A DNA stretch of 63,974 bases, filler included, from an uncultured Gemmatimonadota bacterium (GCA_964490075.1; 5 parts of 4 records of this genome joined end to end with filler, not necessarily neighbours in it), one strand, 5' to 3'; counted from the whole stretch's first letter, positions 29,152-40,997 are shown. Notes: a model not told the origin generated them from the sequence alone. Numbers and translations are program-made.

Positions 29152-30879
29152 CTAAGCGTCGCCGCCGGCTTTGAACTGGCTCTTGAAATTGGTGGTGACA
29201 GAGCGGATCGTCTCGCCCAGCTGGTCCGAGATCTGCCCCGTCGAGTCCAGCTCCTCGATGATCTCCGGGAACTCGGAGTGCACGTGCCGCAGCAGGGCCG
29301 ACTCGAAGGCCAACACCTGCGACACCTCCAGGTCGTCGAGCAGCCCCTGGGTGCCAGCGAACACGCTGACGATCTGGTCGGCGATCGGCAGCGGGCTGTA
29401 CTGGGCCTGCTTGAGCAGCTCCACCATACGCTGGCCGCGATCGAGCTGCCGCTGCGTCGCCGCGTCGAGCTCGGTTCCGACCTGGGCGAAAGCCTCGAGC
29501 TCGCGGAAGGAAGCCAGGTCGAGGCGCAGCGAGCCGGCGATCTTTTTCATCCCCTTGCGCTGCGCGTTGCCGCCCACGCGTGAAACACTGATCCCCACGT
29601 TCACCGCCGGGCGCACCCCGGCGAAAAACAGGTCCGGCTCGAGGTAGATCTGCCCGTCGGTGATCGAGATCACGTTGGTCGGAATATAGGCCGAGACCTC
29701 ACCCTCCAGAGTCTCGATGATCGGCAGCGAGGTCATCGAGCCGCCGCTGTCGGGGAAGTGGTGGACTTTGAGGCCCTCCTTGTCCTCCAGCGAATCGAGC
29801 CACGCCGCGGCGCGCTCCAGCCCCTCGGGACGGTGATAGAGCCCTTGCACGTCGTCCGGCCGATGCTCTTCCGGTGCCGCCAGTCCCTCGGGATGCACCC
29901 GCGCCACTGAGCGGTCGCGACAATCGTCGGCCGTGTCGGCGGGAACGATCCCGTACTCGTCGCGCAGCTTGACACTACGCTCCAGGAGCCGCGAGTGCAG
30001 ATAGAACACGTCCCCCGGATACGCCTCGCGCCCCGGTGGCCGCCTGAGCAGGAGCGAGAGCTGGCGATACGACTGTGCCTGCTTGCTCAGGTCGTCGTAG
30101 ACACAAAGTGTCGCGCGCCCCTCCTGGTACATGAAGTACTCGGCCATCGCCGCACCCGCGTAAGGGGCGATGTACTGCAAGGGCGAAGGATCGGAGGCCG
30201 AAGCCGAGACCACGATCGTGTAGTCCATCGCTCCGAGCTCGCGCAGCTTCTCGACCACGCCCACCACCGTGGACTCCTTCTGGCCGATCGCCACGTAGAT
30301 ACAGATGACCCCGGTGCCCTTCTGGTTGATGATCGTGTCGATCGCCACCGCGGTCTTGCCGGTCTTGCGGTCGCCGATGATGAGCTCGCGCTGCCCCCGA
30401 CCGATCGGAATCATACCGTCGATCGCCTTCAACCCCGTCTGCAGCGGCTCGTTCACCGGCTGCCGCGCCGCGATCCCAGGAGCCTTGAACTCCAGCGGCC
30501 GGCTGTGCGGCGTCGAGATCTCGCCCTTGCCATCCAGCGGGCGGCCCAGCGGATCGACCACCCGGCCGACCATCGCGTCGCCGCAGGGGATGCTGAGCAG
30601 CTCGCCGGTGCGGCGCACCGTGTCGCCTTCCTTGATCTCCAGGTAATCGCCCAGAATCACCACGCCGGCCGAGCCCTGTTCCAGATTCAGCACCTGGCCG
30701 AAGGCGCCGTTCTCGAACTGCACCTGCTCGTTGGCCATGGCGTTGGTCAGTCCGTAGACCCGTGCGATTCCGTCACCGACCTCCAGGACCTTGCCCACCT
30801 CGGCGAGATCGACCGAGCTGCGGTACTGCCGAATCTCCTCGGTGATCACCGATGAGATCTCGTTGACATCCAGTTTCAT
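29152..30879 (-). CDS. atpA: ATP synthase F1 alpha with a 68-aa insertion
   Basis: [52 protein letters not shown]. Confidence 0.98.
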   Translation of the reverse strand: MKLDVNEISSVITEEIRQYRSSVDLAEVGKVLEVGDGIARVYGLTNAMANEQVQFENGAFGQVLNLEQGSAGVVILGDYLEIKEGDTVRRTGELLSIPCGDAMVGRVVDPLGRPLDGKGEISTPHSRPLEFKAPGIAARQPVNEPLQTGLKAIDGMIPIGRGQRELIIGDRKTGKTAVAIDTIINQKGTGVICIYVAIGQKESTVVGVVEKLRELGAMDYTIVVSASASDPSPLQYIAPYAGAAMAEYFMYQEGRATLCVYDDLSKQAQSYRQLSLLLRRPPGREAYPGDVFYLHSRLLERSVKLRDEYGIVPADTADDCRDRSVARVHPEGLAAPEEHRPDDVQGLYHRPEGLERAAAWLDSLEDKEGLKVHHFPDSGGSMTSLPIIETLEGEVSAYIPTNVISITDGQIYLEPDLFFAGVRPAVNVGISVSRVGGNAQRKGMKKIAGSLRLDLASFRELEAFAQVGTELDAATQRQLDRGQRMVELLKQAQYSPLPIADQIVSVFAGTQGLLDDLEVSQVLAFESALLRHVHSEFPEIIEELDSTGQISDQLGETIRSVTTNFKSQFKAGGDA

Positions 30880-30910
30880 CCGTTGTTACCTCTCCGGCCC
30901 GTCTTGCGGG

Positions 30911-31510
30911 CTAGCTCCAATAAGACTTCTCGGAGCGCACCTCGCGGGCCGCCCTTGCTTTCAGCATCGCCCCGGCCACTTGGAGCTGGGTCGACACACT
31001 CCCGTCGAGACGGTCGTCGCCGATCTGCACCACCAGGCCACCCATGATCGACGGGTCGACCCGCTCGTTCAACTGTGGCGACTTTCCGGTCAGAGCGCGG
31101 ACCTTCTCCCGCAGCCTCTCACGCAGCTCTTCGCTCAGCTCGACCGCCGAGCGAACGTCGACGCCGACGATGCCGCGCAGCGTGTCGTACTCCAGCCGCA
31201 GCGCCTCGGTGATCGCCGGCAGCAGCGCCAGGCGCGAGTTCTGGTTGAGCACCTGCAGCGCGTCGACCAAGAGGTCGCTGGCCTGACTCCGAAACAGCTT
31301 CTCGAGCACCTCGCGGCGCGCCTCGAGACCGATCATCGGGCTCGAGAGGAAGTGCGCCAGGTCGGCGTCGCTCTCGGTCAGCGCCACCAGCGCACGCAGC
31401 TCCTCGAGCAGCTTTGCCGCCAGGCCCTCACCCTCGGCCTCGGCCAGCTCGAGCAGCGCCCGCGCGTAGACCCGACCCACGGTGATCTCTTGCACATCGA
31501 TTCCGGCCAT
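30911..31510 (-). CDS. atpH: ATP synthase F1 delta
   Basis: YARALLEL and VDPSIMGGLVVQIGD..LDGS. Confidence 0.95.
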   Translation of the reverse strand: MAGIDVQEITVGRVYARALLELAEAEGEGLAAKLLEELRALVALTESDADLAHFLSSPMIGLEARREVLEKLFRSQASDLLVDALQVLNQNSRLALLPAITEALRLEYDTLRGIVGVDVRSAVELSEELRERLREKVRALTGKSPQLNERVDPSIMGGLVVQIGDDRLDGSVSTQLQVAGAMLKARAAREVRSEKSYWS

Positions 31511-31515
31511 GGCCG

Positions 31516-32106
31516 CTAACTCCGCTCCGGCAGGTCGAGCTCACCGATCGCGCCCGCGATCAGGTCGGCGTGGGTGGCGGCGTCGAGCTCCTTGTCGATG
31601 ATCCGCCCGGCCAGGTCGGTCGCCATGTCGGCGGCCCGCGCATAGAGCTCGTGCACCGCCGCCTGCTTGGCGATGTCGATCTCACGCTTCGCCCGGTCGA
31701 TCATCTTGTCGGACTCTTCTTGCGCCTTCGCTTCGATCCGCTGCTTCAACACGTCGGAGTCACGGCGGCCCTCTTCGACGATCGCCGTCGCCTCGGCCCG
31801 CGCCTCGGCCAGGCGCTCCTCGTGGCGCGCCAGCTGTGCCGCCGCCTCGTCGCGATCCCGCTTCGCCTCTTCCAGCGACTCGCGGATGAAGCGCTCGCGC
31901 GATTGCAGCGCGTTCAAGAGCGGACCCCAGGCGAACCTGCCGAGCACCCAGACCACCAAGAGGAAGATCACCAGGGTCCACAGGGCGTTGCCGACGTCGC
32001 CCGCGAAGGGGCCGCTGCCGCCCCCTCCCTCTCCCGAGGCCAGGGCCACCCCCGGCAGCATCAGCGCCAGGGCGGTCGCCGATCCGATCGCTGGTCGTTT
32101 CATCAT
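31516..32106 (-). CDS. atpF: ATP synthase Fo b subunit
   Basis: Leader, then WTLVIF...FAWGPLL..L..RE, then a long charged coiled coil. Confidence 0.93.
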   Translation of the reverse strand: MMKRPAIGSATALALMLPGVALASGEGGGGSGPFAGDVGNALWTLVIFLLVVWVLGRFAWGPLLNALQSRERFIRESLEEAKRDRDEAAAQLARHEERLAEARAEATAIVEEGRRDSDVLKQRIEAKAQEESDKMIDRAKREIDIAKQAAVHELYARAADMATDLAGRIIDKELDAATHADLIAGAIGELDLPERS

Positions 32107-32219
32107 CGTCTCTCGGAGCCCGGCGCCGCCGAAGCGCCCGGGCTCGTTGTCGTGACTACCGGCCCGCGGGCGGTCGCTCCAGTGGACCGCCCGGGGCATC
32201 TGTGGTCTGCGCGCGCCGC

Positions 32220-32558
32220 CTACAGAACGGCCAAGAGCCCCACGACCACCGCGAAGAGGGTCGCGCCCTCGACCATGGCCGCGGTGATGATCATCGCCGT
32301 CGAAATCTGTCCGGCGGCCTCGGGCTGGCGCGCCATCGACTCGACCGCACTGCCGCCGATCCGGCCGATGCCGGCGCCGCCGCCCATGATCACCAGCCCC
32401 GCGCCGATCGCTCCGCCCATCTTGGCGGCGCCCGCGGTGGTCAGGAAGGTGGCGGTCTCGGCGGCGACTTCCGACGCCATGGCGATGGCCGGAGCCATCA
32501 GGATCAAAAGAGCCATCGAAAGCACGATTCGAACGGTCTTTGCGCCGTTGCTGTTCAT
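32220..32558 (-). CDS. atpE: ATP synthase Fo c subunit (H+-type) with an N-terminal signal-like extension
   Basis: GGGAGIGRIG, ARQPE loop, conserved E in MVEG. Confidence 0.96.
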   Translation of the reverse strand: MNSNGAKTVRIVLSMALLILMAPAIAMASEVAAETATFLTTAGAAKMGGAIGAGLVIMGGGAGIGRIGGSAVESMARQPEAAGQISTAMIITAAMVEGATLFAVVVGLLAVL

Positions 32559-32697
32559 TGTCTGTATTTCCTTGCGTTGGTTCGTCGGCGCCCGTGCGAG
32601 GCCGAACGCCTTCTCATGATCTCGCCATCGCAGTCACGCCTCATGGCCCGCGTGCCCCGCGCATGTCCGGGCATGGCGAGTTGTCCAGGGCGGGTCG

Positions 32698-33552
32698 TCA
32701 GTGATCCAGAACCACCGACATCCCGATAAAAAGTGAGGTCAGGAAGGTGAAGATGAAGGCCTGCAGGAAGGCCACGAAGATCTCCAAAAGACTGATGGCG
32801 ACACTTCCCAGCACCACCGGCACCGCCACTCCCAGCCCGGCGCCCGCGCCGATACCGCTGCCGGCCTGCAAGATGAAGCCGAGCAAAACAGCCAGCAGAA
32901 TATGCCCGGCGATCATGTTGGCGAAGAGCCGCACCGCCAGCGCGAATGTTTTGGCGATCAGGCCGATCAGCTCGACCGGCACCAAGAGTGGTGCCAGCCA
33001 GAGCGGCCCGGGACAGAAGTGCGCCAGGTAGGTGGTGCCCCCGAAGCGCAGCCCGTTGAACACCATCATGATCAGGGTCATGATCGCCAGCGTTCCGGTG
33101 GCCCAGATGTTGGCCGTTGCGGTACCCCCGACGTGGGTCCCGAAGAGCGCGCTGATGGCGGGGATCGGCATGAGCCCGAGCACGTTCACCGTCAGCACGA
33201 AGAAGAAGACGCTCCAGATGTACTTGATGAAGCGGTCGGTGTGCTGGTGCAGCACCGGTCGCGCCACCTCGGCGCGCAGATACTCGCAGATCGCCTCGAT
33301 GAAGTTCGCCGAGCCGGTCGGCACCAGCCCGTCGATCCCCCGGTCGTCCGAAAAGCGCCGCATCGCCCGCGGCACCAGCACCACCAGCAGGATCCCCGCC
33401 AGGATCAGCATGGTGATCTGGTCGCTCAGCAGCGTCATTACCCCGCCCGGGGTCAGGAATCCCCCGAGATCGACCTGGATCTCCTTCAGCGGGTGTTGAA
33501 CGACGTGATCGAGAGGGCTTCCGCCGGACGAGATGTCGAGAAGAGATCCCAT
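32698..33552 (-). CDS. atpB: ATP synthase Fo a subunit
   Basis: NVLGLMP, TATAN, LAVRLFANMIAGH, LQAFIFTFL. Confidence 0.97.
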   Translation of the reverse strand: MGSLLDISSGGSPLDHVVQHPLKEIQVDLGGFLTPGGVMTLLSDQITMLILAGILLVVLVPRAMRRFSDDRGIDGLVPTGSANFIEAICEYLRAEVARPVLHQHTDRFIKYIWSVFFFVLTVNVLGLMPIPAISALFGTHVGGTATANIWATGTLAIMTLIMMVFNGLRFGGTTYLAHFCPGPLWLAPLLVPVELIGLIAKTFALAVRLFANMIAGHILLAVLLGFILQAGSGIGAGAGLGVAVPVVLGSVAISLLEIFVAFLQAFIFTFLTSLFIGMSVVLDH

Positions 33553-33558
33553 GGTGCT

Positions 33559-33960
33559 CTACGCAGTCCTTGATTCGGCGATCCTCGCCGACGCGAATCG
33601 AACGTCGAGAATCGCCAGCGTCAGGTGGCTCAGCGCCAGCCAGATCAGAAGTGGAGCGCGGTCCAGAGTTGTGGCCAGAGCCACCGCGAGGCCGCCGCAC
33701 AGCGCCACGCCGAAGCGGATTCCCACCGCCAGCAGCGCAGCCATGGTCGCCTCGTCACGCGGCTTCCGTCGAACGAGCGGCAGGGCTCCCGCGATCGACG
33801 CGAGAAAACCGACCCCGCAGCCCGCGCACATCGCGGGCACCGCCGTCGGCCCTCCGAGCCTCAGCGTCGGGTAGGTGCCCACGGCCACGAGCGCGATGCC
33901 GCCCGCGAACAGCCGGAGCACAAAAGCGCAGAAGCTCAAATCAAAGCGCCTCGCGTTCAG
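33559..33960 (-). CDS. AtpI-like four-helix membrane protein (start uncertain)
   Basis: About four hydrophobic segments. Sits between the AtpZ-like gene and atpB. Confidence 0.65.
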   Translation of the reverse strand: MNARRFDLSFCAFVLRLFAGGIALVAVGTYPTLRLGGPTAVPAMCAGCGVGFLASIAGALPLVRRKPRDEATMAALLAVGIRFGVALCGGLAVALATTLDRAPLLIWLALSHLTLAILDVRFASARIAESRTA

Positions 33961-34214
33961 GTGTTCCGGTCGTTCTCGAGATCCTCCGTCCCTGCTTCCA
34001 TCTCGCGGGAGACCCGGAGGGCGTCGCGGATCAGGTTGTACATCCCGCCGACCAGCCCGATCAGGGCGCACGTGAGCAGGCCCCACGGCTTCCAGCCAAA
34101 CGAGCGATCGAGGGCGTACCCCAGAGCCGCCAGTCCCACCACTGCCGCCGTCAGCTCCATGCCCATCGCCGCCAGGCGAACCCAGCCGCTCCGTGGCCGC
34201 GAGCGTTCAGACAT
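33957..34214 (-). CDS. AtpZ/AtpI-family protein
   Basis: GMEL...GYALDR.FG..PWG...G..GGMYN, two TM helices, first gene of the operon. Confidence 0.85.
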   Translation of the reverse strand: MSERSRPRSGWVRLAAMGMELTAAVVGLAALGYALDRSFGWKPWGLLTCALIGLVGGMYNLIRDALRVSREMEAGTEDLENDRNT

Positions 34215-34269
34215 CGGGTGGGATAACTCCCGAAGAGAGATCAGGAAGACCAGGTACGTAAGATCGCGA

Positions 34270-34298
34270 ACTCTACTCGCGCGCGCGAGGCCGATCAA
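34270..34298 (-). promoter_or_regulatory. Candidate sigma70 promoter of the atp operon
   Basis: Minus strand TTGATC-17nt-TAGAGT, about 55 nt upstream of the first atp gene. Confidence 0.5.
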
Positions 34299-34383
34299 CC
34301 AGAATCGGCGCTCCTGAAACGCTTTTGCAACGTACTCTCGGGGCCTTTGCCGCGAGAGCCGGATCACTCGGAGGATGCCCGAC

Positions 34384-35160
34384 ATGAGCGAGCCCACTCC
34401 CCGATTCTGGGAGATCCTCTTCGAAGTCTACGAAGCACTGCCTCGGCAGGGTCCGGGCAACCAGGCGAGTACCGCAAGAGCATTCGAGCTCTGCCAAGAT
34501 CTGCCCTCTTCCCCGTCGGTGTTGGATCTCGGATGTGGTGTCGGCGGACAGACGCTCCATCTCGCCGATCTCACATCCGGGCCCATCGTTGCCCTGGACA
34601 ACCATGTTCCAAGCATCGAGCGGCTCGAGAACACGGTGGCCGAGCGCAAGCTCATCCACCGGGTGCGGCCGGTGGTGGGCGACATGGCTCGCCTGGAGCT
34701 TCCATCCCAGAGCTTCGATCTCATCTGGTCCGAGGGGGCGCTCTATCAGATCGGCATCGGGCGCGCGCTGAAACTCTGCCATGGGTTGTTGCGACCCGGT
34801 GGCCACGTCGCGTTCACAGACGCCGTGTGGACGACCGAGAATCCCCCGCCCGATGTCCGGGCGAGCTTCGATCTGGACTATCCGACCATGGGCAGAGTTC
34901 CCGATGTTCTGGCGTCACTCGCCGAGTCCGGGTTGTCGCTCATCGGGCACTTCACCTTGCCGGACGAAGCCTGGTGGGATGACTTCTATGCGCCGATGAC
35001 GCAGCGGATAGAGGAGCTTCGTGTGAAATACGCTGCTGACGGCGAAACGCTCGCTTTGCTGGACCAGCTGGCGCGCGAACCGGAGATGCACCGCCGAAAC
35101 TCGGAGTGTTATGCGTACGAGTTCTTCGTGGCCCGCCGCGGCGGACCCCAAGGGCCGTAG
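34384..35160 (+). CDS. Class I SAM-dependent methyltransferase
   Basis: LPRQGPG, VLDLGCGVG, FDLIWSEGA, LLRPGG. Confidence 0.9.
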   Translation: MSEPTPRFWEILFEVYEALPRQGPGNQASTARAFELCQDLPSSPSVLDLGCGVGGQTLHLADLTSGPIVALDNHVPSIERLENTVAERKLIHRVRPVVGDMARLELPSQSFDLIWSEGALYQIGIGRALKLCHGLLRPGGHVAFTDAVWTTENPPPDVRASFDLDYPTMGRVPDVLASLAESGLSLIGHFTLPDEAWWDDFYAPMTQRIEELRVKYAADGETLALLDQLAREPEMHRRNSECYAYEFFVARRGGPQGP

Positions 35161-35204
35161 CTTGCGCAACTCGCCCGCGCCCGTTCCCCGAGACGGGTCG
35201 GTCC

Positions 35205-37597
35205 CTATTTCCCCACATCCTCTGCATCCTCGACCCGGCGCCGCCGCGCCTTCATCCTGCGTCGTAAAGTCGACTCCCCCACCGACAGTTTGCGCGCCGC
35301 CGCTCGTTGGTTCCCAGCGCTCGCCGCCAGCGCTCGCTCCTCGATCCGTTCCTGGAGCGTGCGCAGGATCTCGTTCACTCCCACGTCGCTGGCGGCTCGA
35401 CCGATGCGCTCGATCAGGTCGTCGTCGAGGTGACGGGCCAGGGGGCGAGGACCGGCGGCGCGGGCGATGCGCCCGGGCAAGGCGTCGATCTCGATCCGTG
35501 CCGAGTCGGGGTCGCGCAGGGCGGCGGCACTGCGCACCACTTGACGCAGCTCGCGAACGTTGCCGGGCCAGTGGTAACGCTCCAGCGCGCGGCGCGCTTC
35601 GGTGCTGAAGCGCAGCCCGCCGGTATGTGGATCGCTGGAACCGTCCTCCAAAAAGTGTTCCAGCAACAGCAGGACGTCTTCTGGGCGCTCGCGCAGCGGT
35701 GGCAGCGTCAGCGTCAGTCCGCTCAGACGATAGTAGAGGTCGGAGCGCAAGGCGCCCCGTGCCAGAGCCGCTTTCAGGTCGAGGTTGGTCGCCGAAACAA
35801 CTCGGAAGTCGACCTCGACCGACCGTGTCGAGCCGAGCGCCGTGATCCGTCGATCTTCCAGCACGCGAAACAGTTTGGCCTGCAACGCGGCCGCCATCTC
35901 GCCGACTTCGTCGAGGAAAACGGTGCCGCCCGCGGCGTCGCGGAAGTAGCCGCGCCGCTCCTCTCCGGCATCGGTAAACGCGCCCTTGATGTGCCCGAAG
36001 AGCTCCGCCTCGAGCAGGTGTTCAGGGATCGCCGCGCAGTGGACCGCAACGAAGGGCAGGTCGGCACGGGGGCTCAATGCGTGGATTGCGCGCGCGAAGA
36101 GCTCCTTGCCGGTCCCCGATTCGCCGCTCAACAGAATCGGCAGATCGCAGTCGGCAGCGCGCTCCAGGCGATCCAGCAGCGCTCCGAGCACCGCTGAGCG
36201 AGTGATGATCCCAGCCTGCCGGCGCACGCCCAAGAGGCGATCGCTCATGCGCCTGGCGCGGCCCTCGACTCGGCTCAGCGCGATGCGGGCGACCGCGGCG
36301 AGGCCGTTGGCCAGAAAGGCGAACTCTCGCAGGTCGGCAGTGCCGAAGCCGCGCCCCGCCGCGCCGACCGGCCGGTCGACGAATACCAGCCCCGCCGCGA
36401 TCCCGGCGCCGTCGATGGCGAAGGCCATGGTGCTGCGAGCGGCGGAAGCGTGGGGCGTACCAGAGTCGGTTGGTCGGGAATCAGCAAATCGTCGCGCAGC
36501 AGCGCTCGAGTCAGCTCCAGTGCTTCCCAGGGCTCCAATCCGTGAGAGCCGACCACTTCGAAAGCGCCCGGCTGATCTGTCTCGAGCACCATCGTCGCCC
36601 GCTCTGCCCCGAGGCGCTCGGCGACCGTCGCAGTGAAGCGCGCCAGGTGGCCCCGAGGGTCCTCTGAGCGCAGCCCCGCCACCACCTCCTCCATGGCGGC
36701 GACATCTCGGGCCAGCGCCAGGCGCAACCGATCGCGGGCGGCATCGATCTCGGTGGTCAGCCAGCCCTGCCACTGCTCGGCCCAGCACTCGGATATTTCG
36801 TCGCGTGCGCGGGCAGCGCTGATGTTGCGCCGGCATGCCTGGAGCTCCGCCAGCGGATGTTCGCGCGCCAACTTCGAGCTCGCCAGCACTTCGTAGACGC
36901 GGATTTCCCAGCCGAAGGTCGGATGGTCGAAGGCGGTGGCGCAGCCGCGGGCTCGGGCCAGTGTCGTCTCCAAGAGTGTCGCGTCCTGGGGTCGGGATTC
37001 GAGCCCGAAGAGCAGCGCACGGGCCTGGTCGCGCAGGGCCAGATAGCGATGAAGAACGTATTTGGAGCCGCCGGCTCGTTCGATCGCCTCGGCGTACGCC
37101 GCAGCCGATTCGTCGAGCCGTGCCACCAGGCGCAGCGCCGCGGCGTGAACCCGGTACGCCTCGATCGCCAATCGCGCGGGTGTCACTTCAGTGAGCCCAA
37201 CGATCAGCTCCGTAGTCTGTTCGGCCGCCCGCTTCGGGTGGGCGGCGGAGGCGATCAGCGTCTCGGCCTGGCGCAGCCGCGCCTCGAAATCGTAGCTCGG
37301 ATCGCGCAGCGTTTCGTCATTCAGATAACGGGCCTTGCGGAACTGCTTGGCGGCACGATCCAGGTATCCGAGCTGCATGTTTACTCTGCCGCGCGCCAGC
37401 GTGCAGAGAAGCTTGACCTGTGTGTCGTTGGCGGGCGCGAGATGTTGGACGCTGCGAATAGCGGAATCGGCCAGAGCAGGATCCTGAACCAGCAGGACCA
37501 TGGTCAGCCGCCGCAGCGCAGTCGCGACCGACTTGCCGCTACCTTTCTCCACCTCGGTCAGCAAGGCGGCGGCGCGGGCGAAGCGCGCGGCTTCGAT
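35205..37597 (-). pseudogene. TPR-like/GAF/sigma54-activator (AAA+, Fis HTH), copy B; 5'-truncated and frameshifted near 36450
   Basis: [35 protein letters not shown] and HTH in the 35205 frame. The helical/GAF part is in the 36275 frame. Confidence 0.8.
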
Positions 37598-38772
<1,175 letters not shown>

Positions 38773-39010
38773 CTAGCCCGACTTTACCGCCTTCACGCCC
38801 CCTGAGATTACTTTCGTCGGATCGCAACTGCTCGTCTCGGAGCCGCAATTCGTTCTGGTGAAAGGGGTTGTGCCGATTGTGCCGCTGTTGCCCAGTGGAT
38901 GTTTGTCCATCATGGCGCGTATGACCTACGGCTAGGCGGGCGAATTCTGGGGCGAACGGAGTTGGAGTAGTCTGGTACTCCAGAGGAAAGGCAGGCGTAT
39001 TGCGTGGATC

Positions 39011-39039
39011 TTGACGGCGAGCAAGAAGCATGGTATGAC
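39011..39039 (+). promoter_or_regulatory. Sigma70-type transposase promoter, probably leaderless
   Basis: TTGACG-17nt-TATGAC with an extended TG. ATG follows 7 nt after the -10 box and there is no Shine-Dalgarno. Confidence 0.55.
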
Positions 39040-39045
39040 CTACCC

Positions 39046-40761
39046 ATGCCCAGCCTGACCAAGAAGATCATCCGCGGTCGCGCCTACTATTACGCCCGAG
39101 AGTGCAAGCGCGTTGACGGTAAGCCCAAGATCGTGTGGCAGAAGTATTTGGGCCGTGCAGAGGACATCATCGCCGCCGTGACTGAGTCCCCGTCGCGTGG
39201 CGAGCCTCCGGCCGCTCAGGAGGCGGTGGTCGCGGAGCTCGGCGCCGTGGCTGCCTTGTATGACCTAGCCCACCGTCTCGATCTAGCGAAGCACATCGAC
39301 CGGCATGTTCCGAAACGTGGGGCCGGGCCCACAGTTGGGACCTACCTCCTCGTGGCCGCCATCAATCGGTGCGTGGCGCCATGTAGCAAGGCGGCCATGG
39401 CGGAGTGGTTCGAGGGCACCGCGCTTCGACGATGGGTGGACATCGAGTCTCGGCAGCTCTCGAGTCAACGGTTTTGGGAGAACATGGACCGCGTCTCCGC
39501 GGAGGCAATCGAGGGGATTGAAGCGGAACTCTCCGCACGTCTCGTCGGGTCCTTCGACATCGACCTTCGCCGAGTGCTCTTTGACGCGACGAATTTCTTT
39601 ACGTTCATCGACAGCTTCAACGAGCGGTCGACACTGGCCCAACGGGGGAAGAGCAAGGAGGGCCGGGCATCGTTGCGCGTGGTGGGCTTGGCGCTCTTGG
39701 TCACAGCGGACTTCCATCTACCGCTCCTCCATCACACTTATCCAGGCAACCAACCTGACGCACCCACCTTCGCGAGTCTGACGTCGAAGTTGGCCGCGCG
39801 ACTTCGAGCCCTCACGGATGGGACCGAGCACATCACCATCGTCTTCGACAAAGGGAACAACTCGAAGGAGAACCTCGAAGCCGTTGAAGGCAGTCCGTAT
39901 CACTTCGTAGGTTCACTGGTGCCGAATCACCATTCAGAACTCCCAAAGGTTCCGGCGAAGAAGTTCGAGTCACTGGCCGACGACGGTCTCCCGGGAGTCC
40001 GTGCATACCGCACCACTAAGGAGGTCTTCGGTGCCACACGAACCGTTGTGGTCACCTACAACGAGAAGCTCTTCGTTGCGCAGTCGCAGACGCTCCTACG
40101 GGAGATCGCGAAGCGGCAGCAACGGCTACGGGAACTTCAAGAGCGACTGCGATTGCGCAGTGTGGGCAAGATCCGGGGAGGGGAGCCTCCGACTCTCGAG
40201 GGCATCCAGAAGAAGGTCCAGGCTTGGCTCTCCGCCCGACATATGAAGGAGCTGTTTCAGGTCGACGTGACCGAGGACAACGGACTGCCTGTCCTGAGAT
40301 ACCGATTCCAACAGACGGCGTGGCGCCGGCTCCAGCGAACACTCCTGGGCAAGACGATTCTGTTCACCGACAACGACGATTGGACGGACGCCGAGATCGT
40401 CCACGCGTACCGGGCCCAGCACCACGTGGAAGCCGCCTTCCGCACCATGAAGGACCCTCTCCACATCTCGATCCGCCCCCAGCATCACTGGACAGATCAG
40501 ACAGTCCGCGTACATGTCTTTACCTGCGTCCTCGCGCTGATGCTGTCCGCGCTCCTCCGCCGCGAGCTCCACCAACGCGGCATCGATCTCTCCATCCCAG
40601 ATGCACTCGACAGGCTCGGCAAAATCAAAGAGGTCGCTGTGGTCTACGCTCCGGAAGGCAAGCAGCGCAAGCCACGCATCCGGACCACTACTTCGGCCAT
40701 GACGAGCGACCAGCGCACTCTCTACGATGCCCTCGAGCTGAGTCGATACGCGACCACGTAG
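39046..40761 (+). CDS. IS1634-family DDE transposase
   Basis: KKIIRGRAYYY..E..RVDGKPK...YLG, FDATNFF, GKSKEGR, VFDKG, Y..QHHVEAAFR.MK, IRPQHHWTD..VRVH. Confidence 0.92.
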   Translation: MPSLTKKIIRGRAYYYARECKRVDGKPKIVWQKYLGRAEDIIAAVTESPSRGEPPAAQEAVVAELGAVAALYDLAHRLDLAKHIDRHVPKRGAGPTVGTYLLVAAINRCVAPCSKAAMAEWFEGTALRRWVDIESRQLSSQRFWENMDRVSAEAIEGIEAELSARLVGSFDIDLRRVLFDATNFFTFIDSFNERSTLAQRGKSKEGRASLRVVGLALLVTADFHLPLLHHTYPGNQPDAPTFASLTSKLAARLRALTDGTEHITIVFDKGNNSKENLEAVEGSPYHFVGSLVPNHHSELPKVPAKKFESLADDGLPGVRAYRTTKEVFGATRTVVVTYNEKLFVAQSQTLLREIAKRQQRLRELQERLRLRSVGKIRGGEPPTLEGIQKKVQAWLSARHMKELFQVDVTEDNGLPVLRYRFQQTAWRRLQRTLLGKTILFTDNDDWTDAEIVHAYRAQHHVEAAFRTMKDPLHISIRPQHHWTDQTVRVHVFTCVLALMLSALLRRELHQRGIDLSIPDALDRLGKIKEVAVVYAPEGKQRKPRIRTTTSAMTSDQRTLYDALELSRYATT

Positions 40762-40897
40762 GTCATACGTTTCCCGCAACTCAAACCATTACAGTGCAGC
40801 ACTTTGTGCCCGGAGGGCGGTAAAGTCGGGCTAGTATCGGAAATCCCTGGCTGTACGCCTGGGATGCCAACGCCATTCCTCTGGACGGGTGGCCCAA

Positions 40898-40997
40898 NNN
40901 NNNNNNNNNNNNNNNNNNNNNNNNNNNNNNNNNNNNNNNNNTTAATTAATTAANNNNNNNNNNNNNNNNNNNNNNNNNNNNNNNNNNNNNNNNNNNN
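40898..40997. other. Artificial contig spacer
   Basis: N-run containing TTAATTAATTAA. Confidence 0.99.

Larger units (their letters stand above)
38777..40830 (+). mobile_element. Complete IS1634-family insertion sequence (2054 bp)
   Basis: TIR CCCGACTTTACCGCC (38777-38791) / GGCGGTAAAGTCGGG (40816-40830). CTAG on both sides (38773-38776, 40831-40834). Single DDE transposase. Confidence 0.9.

Noticed and set aside
29749..29952. Intein in AtpA
   Set aside because: It is too short and lacks the N-terminal C/S and C-terminal HN splice motifs.
32220..32558. Na+-coupled or N-type ATPase
   Set aside because: The c subunit lacks the Gln and ES/ET sodium ligands (it has EGA), and the gene order is canonical with atpH present.
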